Shown here one piece after another: positions 16,900 to 25,530 of a stretch of 25,530 bases of DNA. A program made the translations under genes and the position numbers. Below the pieces are notes generated by a model. It was not told the origin of the DNA, did no database searches, and saw only the letters and a list, made by a program, of their open reading frames with translations. Numbering within the stretch: position 1 is the stretch's first letter; every line of letters starts with the position of its first letter. Source of the stretch: a candidate division WOR-3 bacterium (GTDB lineage: Bacteria > Hydrothermota > Tepidihabitantia > Tepidihabitantales > Tepidihabitantaceae); assembly GCA_965649205.1 (NCBI GenBank), contig CBFGJV010000025.1:1-25530 (forward strand), in the 5' to 3' direction.

Positions 16900-17967
16900 A
16901 TGTCCAAAGTGTTGATGAAGGGTAACGAGGCGATCGCCGAATCAGCTATCCGTGCCGGCGGGTTGTGTTACTTTTGTTATCCGATTACACCTCAGAGTGA
17001 GGTGGCCGAGTATCTGTCTTGGCGAATGCCGGAAGTAGGCGGCAGTTTCCTGCAGGCAGAAAGCGAAGTGGCGGTAGCTAACATGTTGTATGGGGCAGCG
17101 GGTGCCGGGGTGCGGGCATGGACGACATCTTCCAGCCCTGGTATCAGCTTGATGCAGGAAGGGCTATCCTACATTGCTGCGGCCGAGTTACCAGCTGTGG
17201 TTGTAAACATTGTTCGCTGCGGACCGGGTCTGGGCGGAATACTTCCCTCTCAGTGTGATTATCTACAGGCGGTGAAGGGTGGGGGGCACGGTGATTACCA
17301 CACCATGGTATACGCGCCCAGTTCGGTGCAGGAAGCGGTGGACCTTATGCCTCTGGCATTTGATCGAGCTGACAGGTATCGCAATCCGGTTATCGTTCTG
17401 GGGGATGGCATGATCGGGCAGATGATGGAGCCGGTCGAGTTCAAGGAGCACAAGTTTCCCCCTCTACCACCCAAAGACTGGGCTACTACCGGCTGCAAAG
17501 GCCGAAAGCCTAATATCATAAACTCTTTGTATCTGGATCCGGTCAAAGAAGAGCAGCTAAACATAAGAATGGCTCAGAAGTATGAGCAGATGAGGAAGAG
17601 CGAGATAATGTATGAGGAATACCGTACGGACAGACCCTATCAGGCCTTGCTGGTGGCCTACGGAACCACGGCTCGTATTTGCAAAACGGCTATTCACAAA
17701 CTGGAAGAGGAGGGTATTCGAATCGCGTTACTGCGTCCCATCACTCTGTTTCCTTTTCCCGAAGATAAGGTGTACGAACTGGCCCAGAAAGCCGAATGGG
17801 TTATGTCCGTAGAGATGAGTATGGGACAGATGCTGGAAGACGTCAGGTTAGCGATCGGGAGGACGAAGCCTGTGTATTTTTACGGCCGCACGGGCGGCAT
17901 AGTGCCCACTCCGGAGGAAGTGGTTGAGGCTGTGAAGTTGCATCTCGGAAAGGGAGGTGGAAAATGA
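16900..17967 (+). CDS. vorB: 2-oxoacid:ferredoxin oxidoreductase alpha subunit, VorB (3-methyl-2-oxobutanoate dehydrogenase) type
   Basis: MKGNEAIAE, YPITPQSE, QAESE, TSSSPGISLMQE and KGGGHGDY; 355 aa. Substrate specificity is inferred from the family. Confidence 0.9.
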   Translation: MSKVLMKGNEAIAESAIRAGGLCYFCYPITPQSEVAEYLSWRMPEVGGSFLQAESEVAVANMLYGAAGAGVRAWTTSSSPGISLMQEGLSYIAAAELPAVVVNIVRCGPGLGGILPSQCDYLQAVKGGGHGDYHTMVYAPSSVQEAVDLMPLAFDRADRYRNPVIVLGDGMIGQMMEPVEFKEHKFPPLPPKDWATTGCKGRKPNIINSLYLDPVKEEQLNIRMAQKYEQMRKSEIMYEEYRTDRPYQALLVAYGTTARICKTAIHKLEEEGIRIALLRPITLFPFPEDKVYELAQKAEWVMSVEMSMGQMLEDVRLAIGRTKPVYFYGRTGGIVPTPEEVVEAVKLHLGKGGGK

Positions 17968-18767
17968 TAAGGACTATATTTCGTCGTCCTGAGGCACTTG
18001 CAGATATTCCTACCCACTATTGTCCTGGGTGCACGCATGGCGTCATACATCGTTTGATTGCCGAATCGTTGGATGAACTGGGTCTGCGAGAGCGTACGGT
18101 AGGCGTGGCCCCAGTAGGTTGCTCAGTGTTGGCTTTCAATTACTTCAACTGCGATTTCCAAGAAGCGGCCCACGGTCGTGCTCCTGCTGTTGCTACCGGT
18201 ATCAAGCGGGGCAGACCGGACCTCATCGTTTTTACATATCAGGGCGATGGTGACCTTGCTTCGATAGGTATGGGCGAGATAGTTCATGCTGCAAACAGAG
18301 GTGAAAAGATTACGGTGATATTCGTGAATAACGCTATCTACGGCATGACTGGTGGTCAGATGGCGCCGACTACAATGCCTGGTCAGAGAACCACTACTTC
18401 TCCTGCGGGAAGAAATGTGGAGGATGTGGGGTACCCGGTACGAATGTGCGAGCTTTTGGCTAGTTTGCGCACCCCAGGTTTTATTGAGAGGGTGGCGGTA
18501 CATCACCCGCGTTACATTATCAGGGCAAAGAAGGCGATTAAGCAGGCGTTCCAATATCAAGCGGAGAATCGGTGCTTCACATTTGTTGAGTGTCTATCTA
18601 CTTGTCCAACTAATTGGGGGCTCACCCCTCTGCGGGCTTGTCATTGGTTGGAGGAGAATATGTTGCCATATTATCCGGTGAAAAACTTCAAAACACCCGA
18701 AGAGGAGGGTACCGAAGCGCAGTCTACTTTAAGTAAACCCCACGAAGGAGCCAGCCATGCAGGTTGA
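17964..18767 (+). CDS. 2-oxoacid:ferredoxin oxidoreductase beta (TPP-binding) subunit
   Basis: YCPGCTHG, VGCS, HGRAPAVATG, the TPP motif GDGD...NN, YGMTGGQ and CPTNW. Confidence 0.93.
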   Translation: MIRTIFRRPEALADIPTHYCPGCTHGVIHRLIAESLDELGLRERTVGVAPVGCSVLAFNYFNCDFQEAAHGRAPAVATGIKRGRPDLIVFTYQGDGDLASIGMGEIVHAANRGEKITVIFVNNAIYGMTGGQMAPTTMPGQRTTTSPAGRNVEDVGYPVRMCELLASLRTPGFIERVAVHHPRYIIRAKKAIKQAFQYQAENRCFTFVECLSTCPTNWGLTPLRACHWLEENMLPYYPVKNFKTPEEEGTEAQSTLSKPHEGASHAG

Positions 18768-19335
18768 GGTAGTTTTTGCCGGTTTTGGAGGTCAGGGCGT
18801 ACTGCTGGCTGGTAAATTGCTGGCCGAAGCTGGCATGAGTCTGGGTAAAGAGGTGGTATGGTTACCTTCCTATGGGCCAGAGATGCGGGGAGGAACAGCG
18901 AACTGCACGGTTATCGTTGGTGACGAACCGATAGCCTCCCCAATTGTGGTTCACCCGCGCGATGCGGTCGTGTTGAATCGTCCTTCGCTGGAGAAGTTTG
19001 CCCCAATGCTCAGACCGGGCGGTTTTTTGGTTGTAAACAAATCTTTGATCCCGGTGGATAGTAGTCGTACCGACCTTGTAGTGGTGAACGTACCTGCGAA
19101 CCAAATCGCCATAGCTGCAGGCACCGGGAAGGCCACCAATATGGTTATGCTGGGCGCATATGTGGGAGCTACGGACCTCGTACCGTTCGAGGTGGTGTCG
19201 GAGCAGATAAAGCGTCAGTTTGAGGAAAAGCCCCAATTGATACCGGTAAACATCAAGTGTTTGGAAGAAGGATACAAATTGGGATGTGAAGTACGAGACA
19301 GGTTGCGGGAACAGGTCGGGAGTGTTAAGACCTAG
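18757..19335 (+). CDS. 2-oxoacid:ferredoxin oxidoreductase gamma subunit
   Basis: AGFGGQGVLLAG, SYGPEMRGG and NMVMLGA; AAGGAG Shine-Dalgarno. Confidence 0.93.
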   Translation: MQVEVVFAGFGGQGVLLAGKLLAEAGMSLGKEVVWLPSYGPEMRGGTANCTVIVGDEPIASPIVVHPRDAVVLNRPSLEKFAPMLRPGGFLVVNKSLIPVDSSRTDLVVVNVPANQIAIAAGTGKATNMVMLGAYVGATDLVPFEVVSEQIKRQFEEKPQLIPVNIKCLEEGYKLGCEVRDRLREQVGSVKT

Positions 19336-19391
19336 CACCTGGCTGGCAGCAAAGCTTCTTTTCTGACTCGTACAGCTGGTTACGGTGGCAA

Positions 19392-19420
19392 GCGCTGAGA
19401 GTTTTCAGCGCGGTCTTTCT
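19392..19420 (+). terminator. possible intrinsic terminator after the oxidoreductase genes
   Basis: GCGCTGA-GAGTTT-TCAGCGC hairpin followed by GGTCTTTCT (imperfect U-tract). Confidence 0.45.
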
Positions 19421-19442
19421 TCGTTGGCTTTTGTTGTCGGTA

Positions 19443-21483
<2,041 letters not shown>

Positions 21484-21506
21484 GAGACGGCTTAGGACCT
21501 CTGGGG

Positions 21507-23633
21507 ATGACAAAGAGCATACAGCAGGCTGTGAAAAGCCGGCTGACAGGGTCGATACCCTCTGAGCAGCACGCCGGCTTGAGTACGCCGATCCAGTACT
21601 TGAAGGGAGTTGGTCCAAAGCGCGCGGCCATGCTAGCGAAGTTAGGAATCACTACGGTGGGTGACTTGCTATTCCTGGTCCCGCGGCGGTATGTAGATCG
21701 GTCCCGGACAGCGCCTATCGCGCGGTTGAAGGTTGGGGACGAAGTTACTGTGTTCGGTCGGGTACTGGCAGTCGGAAACCGGTGCACACGTACCTTTAAG
21801 CGGCTGGTCTCTTGCCTAGTAGGCGACGAGTCAGGCACAATCGAGGCGGTCTGGTTCAATCGGCCGGACTTGACCGAGAGGTTTCGTCCCGGCCAGGAGT
21901 TGATGCTTTCCGGCAAGGTCACCGCCTACCGGACAAAGCAGTTTGTGAATCCGAGGTTTGAAATTCTTGAGCGTGGAGGAGAATTTTCTGCCACCAATGC
22001 CATTATTCCGGTTTACCCGTTGACCGAGGGGCTATCAATCTGGGCGCTGCGTCGGATGCTGCGTACGGCGCTGAACGGCTATCTGCCAGCAGTACAGGAG
22101 ACCATGCCCGATGAGATACTCGGGCGCTATGGCTTTCCCAGTATGCAGGAGGCGCTGGAGACGATTCACTTTCCTCAGGATGTAGAGTCGGCTGAACGGG
22201 CAAGAAGCAGGTTGGTGTACGAGGAACTATTTTACCTAGAGCTGCTGTTGGCGTTGAGGAAGCGGCAGCAGGTCACACAGAGAGAGGGCTTTCGTCTACC
22301 GGAAACGGGTGTACTTACGCAGCAGTTTAGACAGCTGCTGCCGTTCAAACTTACTCGGGGACAGGAAGCGGTTCTGAGAGAAATTCTAGCAGATATGGCC
22401 AGTCCACGTTGTATGAACAGGTTACTGCAGGGAGATGTGGGTTCAGGTAAGACTGTGGTTGCCATTTATGCCATGCTGGTAGCTTGCGAGAATCAGGCGC
22501 AGGCAGCAATGATGGCGCCTACTGAGCTTTTGGCCAGCCAGCACTACAAACGGTGGGCAGCGGTGTTGGAGAATTTGGGGGTAAGGGCGGGATTACTCAC
22601 GGGTTCGAAGAGAGCGAAGGAAAGGCAAAAGCTGCTGGAGGAATTGGAAGACGGCAGATTACAGATGGTATTTGGTACTCATGCTCTGATAGAAGAAAAT
22701 GTCCGTTTTCATCGTTTGGGGCTGGTAGTAGTGGACGAACAGCATCGCTTCGGAGTGATGCAGAGAGCTGCCCTTATGAACAAAGGTCGCAATCCGGACT
22801 TTCTAGTGATGACGGCAACACCGATTCCCCGCACTTTGACCCTTACCGTCTATGGAGACCTGGATACTTCTATTCTCGCGGAGAAGCCCGCGGGGCGTGT
22901 GCCAGTGGTGACGAGAATTGTGACCGAGGAGAAACGAGCAAAGGTATATGAATACTTTGAGAAACGTTTTGCCCAGGGTGAACAGGCTTTTATCATCTGT
23001 CCACTGATTGAGGAATCAGAGAAGCTGGATTTGGCTTCGGCCCTGCGCACCTATGAAGAAGTGAAGACGGCGTTTCCCAACCGCCGGGTAGGATTGGTAC
23101 ACGGGAAGATGCGGAGCGAGGAACGAGAGGAGCAAATGGAACTGCTGCGAGAGAAAAAGCTGGACATTCTAGTGTCTACCACAGTGATAGAGGTGGGCGT
23201 GGATGTACCGGATGCTACGATGATGCTTATAGAGCATCCCGAGCGGTTCGGCCTGGCGCAACTGCACCAGTTGCGGGGAAGAATCGGCCGCAGCAATAGG
23301 CGTGGCGTGTGTGTGTTGATGGTGCGGCCGGAGGCCACGGAGGCTATGGAAAGATTGGAGTATTTTGCCTCTACTACCGATGGATTCGCGCTTGCAGAAA
23401 AAGACGCCCGCTGGCGTGGTCCCGGGCAACTGCTGGGCACTAGACAGCATGGCTTGCCGGACTTACGTATCGCCGACCCGTTCACCGACAGGGCAATGCT
23501 TGTCCGGGCGCGGCGCGATGCCTTCCGGTTGATAGAGACAGACCCTTTTTTGTGCGACCCCAGGCACGCAATGGTGCGTAGGACATTGGCCGCCAGATAT
23601 GCTGGTCGAGAAGAACTACTGAGAGTGGGGTGA
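21507..23633 (+). CDS. recG: ATP-dependent DNA helicase RecG
   Basis: LKGVGPK..PRRY, wedge OB fold, QGDVGSGKT, DEQHRFG, MTATPIPRT, QLHQLRGRIGR and the TRG motif DGFALAEKD..RGPG. Confidence 0.98.
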   Translation: MTKSIQQAVKSRLTGSIPSEQHAGLSTPIQYLKGVGPKRAAMLAKLGITTVGDLLFLVPRRYVDRSRTAPIARLKVGDEVTVFGRVLAVGNRCTRTFKRLVSCLVGDESGTIEAVWFNRPDLTERFRPGQELMLSGKVTAYRTKQFVNPRFEILERGGEFSATNAIIPVYPLTEGLSIWALRRMLRTALNGYLPAVQETMPDEILGRYGFPSMQEALETIHFPQDVESAERARSRLVYEELFYLELLLALRKRQQVTQREGFRLPETGVLTQQFRQLLPFKLTRGQEAVLREILADMASPRCMNRLLQGDVGSGKTVVAIYAMLVACENQAQAAMMAPTELLASQHYKRWAAVLENLGVRAGLLTGSKRAKERQKLLEELEDGRLQMVFGTHALIEENVRFHRLGLVVVDEQHRFGVMQRAALMNKGRNPDFLVMTATPIPRTLTLTVYGDLDTSILAEKPAGRVPVVTRIVTEEKRAKVYEYFEKRFAQGEQAFIICPLIEESEKLDLASALRTYEEVKTAFPNRRVGLVHGKMRSEEREEQMELLREKKLDILVSTTVIEVGVDVPDATMMLIEHPERFGLAQLHQLRGRIGRSNRRGVCVLMVRPEATEAMERLEYFASTTDGFALAEKDARWRGPGQLLGTRQHGLPDLRIADPFTDRAMLVRARRDAFRLIETDPFLCDPRHAMVRRTLAARYAGREELLRVG

Positions 23634-24664
23634 CGAATATGAAGAGAAAGAACTTTGTAGGTAACGGTTTGCGAACGGGCAAGGTTTTGCGACTACGGAG
23701 CTGTTTGGTATTGCTTGGGGTGGTGTATTGTATTTTTTGTCTAGGCTGCGGCCGGAAAGCGGCCACGGCCCTGGGCAGGATCCGGGAGGTGACGGTTGCT
23801 TCTGACTGGTGGCCTCAGGTGGAGCCGACGGTGCGCCAGATACTACAAGACACGGTATTTACGCCTCAACCCGAGCCTAGATTCTTGCTACGGGTATTTT
23901 CTGCCAAGCAGTTTGAGAATTACCGTTTGCTGCGTACTGTGTTTCTTATTGGGACGAGTGTAGATACGGTGCTAAAAGTGGTATTGGGTGCCAAGCTTGA
24001 TTCTTTGCCTGAGACAGGCTATGGGTTGTTCCGCATTCCCAATGCCTGGGCCGATAATCAGCAGCTCGTAGTATTCGTCGCTAAGCACGAAAGTCTTTTG
24101 GTGCGCGGGCTGGAGGCTTACTCTTTGCGGATAAGGAACACCTTCTGGGATATTGCTTTGCGCAATGTGGAGAGGGCGGTCTACTTTCGGGGCAGAGATC
24201 AGAAGAAAACAGATGCGCTGACCGAACGATATGGTTTCACACTGGATATTCCTAGAGAGTGGTATCTGAAGGAAGACCATGCTGATTCCGGATTTATATA
24301 TCTTTTCGCCCACTATCCAGATCGTGGTGTGTTCGTATTCTGGCGCGACAGCGTCAGGGAGTTGGTGCCTGAGCTACTGGTTGGTCTGCGGGAAACGTTA
24401 GTGACACGTTACTATGATGGCGACCGCATAGAGCCGAACTATATAAAAGCGGAAACAATTGCCTTTCTTGGCCAGCCGGCTGTGCGGTTACAGGGGGTGT
24501 GGCAGAACGATAAAGGAGCAATGGGCGGCCCGTTCGTTTCCTACTGCTTCAACCATGAAGGTAGGTTTTTTCTAGTAGATGGACAAGTTTTCCTACCAGG
24601 CAAACCAAAGCTGGATCAGTTGCTTCAGGTGGAAGTAATAATCCGTAGCTTCACGCCTCAGTAG
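23630..24664 (+). CDS. Putative lipoprotein, DUF4837-like
   Basis: Basic then hydrophobic N-terminus with lipobox-like CLG-C; PQPEP.F, G.W....MGGPF.SY and F.PG..K....Q.E resemble DUF4837 (recalled, not searched). Start at GTG 23630 or ATG 23639. Confidence 0.7.
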   Translation: MTNMKRKNFVGNGLRTGKVLRLRSCLVLLGVVYCIFCLGCGRKAATALGRIREVTVASDWWPQVEPTVRQILQDTVFTPQPEPRFLLRVFSAKQFENYRLLRTVFLIGTSVDTVLKVVLGAKLDSLPETGYGLFRIPNAWADNQQLVVFVAKHESLLVRGLEAYSLRIRNTFWDIALRNVERAVYFRGRDQKKTDALTERYGFTLDIPREWYLKEDHADSGFIYLFAHYPDRGVFVFWRDSVRELVPELLVGLRETLVTRYYDGDRIEPNYIKAETIAFLGQPAVRLQGVWQNDKGAMGGPFVSYCFNHEGRFFLVDGQVFLPGKPKLDQLLQVEVIIRSFTPQ

Positions 24665-24929
24665 GCCGGCATCTGTAGGGTCCGGCGGGGGCATAAGGGC
24701 TGAATCTGGTGTATGCGGAGCACATCTTAGTGTGAAATGAATAGTTAGGGTGCAAAAAGTGCCGGGAATGCGTTCTGGGGGGGCAGCCCACAGGTCGCTC
24801 CGGGGGCGGCTAGCGCCGAGACGATGATCGCACAACGGGGCAAGATTATGTTGCGAGAGGACAAACGGAGCGGAACGTCATGCACGTCTTAAGCTTGTAT
24901 GCCGCGTTTGCGATTGATTTGCGCAGAGA

Positions 24930-25530
24930 CTAGGCGAGCGACTTCTGGTATATGCGGTAGGTTTTGTACACGCGGCCACCCCACATTTCTATGGGGCGGA
25001 TAATATCGTAGTTGTCTTCAAGTATCCAGGATAGTTCTCCTCGGGTGTAACCAAGCTTGCGTCCAGTCATGAATGCTTCGTAGTACAAGAGCGAGTCAAA
25101 ACCGAGGTTGTGGAATTTGCGCTTTACGCCCAAAGCCCAGAGCCGGCCCTGGGTGATGCGGCGACGCATGGTGATGAATTTGAGCCAACCGAATGGAAAC
25201 ATTCTGCCTTTCAGGTGCCAGAGAATTTGATTGTAGTCAGGAAGTCCTACGCACATACCGGCTATTTCTCCTTTGTAGAACACCAAGGGGCAGAGCCCGG
25301 GGACGACAATGGGCCGTAGTTGTCGGGCAAGGGAGGATATCTCTTCCTCGGTCATGGGCGCAAAGTCCCAATTCTGAGACCACGCATCGTTGTACACTTC
25401 GCGGATGAAAGCCAAGTCTTGCTCCAGGCGAGACAGGTTGACAGGTCGTACTGTCAGCCCGGGCTTGCTTTTGAGTCGGTCCATAACCCTTTGCAGCTTT
25501 TCCGGGACAGGACGGTCAATTTCCATCAGG
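24930..25530 (-). CDS. GNAT-fold N-acyltransferase, YghO/bCerS-like (5' part outside the window)
   Basis: YNDAWSQNWDFAPMT, LPDYN, G..FPFGW, LGV...H..G and ELSWILEDN...IE..GG..YKTYRIY. The frame stays open to the window edge. Confidence 0.8.
   Translation of the reverse strand, partial: LMEIDRPVPEKLQRVMDRLKSKPGLTVRPVNLSRLEQDLAFIREVYNDAWSQNWDFAPMTEEEISSLARQLRPIVVPGLCPLVFYKGEIAGMCVGLPDYNQILWHLKGRMFPFGWLKFITMRRRITQGRLWALGVKRKFHNLGFDSLLYYEAFMTGRKLGYTRGELSWILEDNYDIIRPIEMWGGRVYKTYRIYQKSLA

Overview
A gene-dense chromosomal window from a bacterium that is probably a diderm anaerobe; an FCB-group/WOR-3-like lineage is a guess from gene content only. Almost all genes are on the + strand. Order: 5'-truncated polA; wecB; a Wzx/Wzy-type surface-polysaccharide cluster (Wzz/GumC-like copolymerase, flippase, O-antigen ligase/polymerase-like protein, four GT4 with one inverted, one GT2); tmRNA (ssrA, tag ANNSYALAA); a degenerate LytM protein; fabH; an uncharacterised P-loop NTPase; a four-subunit VorB-type 2-oxoacid:ferredoxin oxidoreductase; ligA; recG; a DUF4837-like lipoprotein; and a convergent, 5'-truncated YghO/bCerS-like GNAT protein. 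I saw no mobile element, CRISPR array or long repeat. The most notable signals are: (i) five to six sigma70-type promoters that all have a 16-bp spacer, four of them 5-8 nt before a GTG start (candidate leaderless mRNAs); (ii) fabH linked to a branched-chain-type oxidoreductase, with two Val/Leu/Ile-containing micro-ORFs in the gaps of that run; (iii) a natural Tyr at the Pol I ddNTP-discrimination position; (iv) a possible bacterial ceramide synthase. All calls were made by eye from motifs; no database searches were run.
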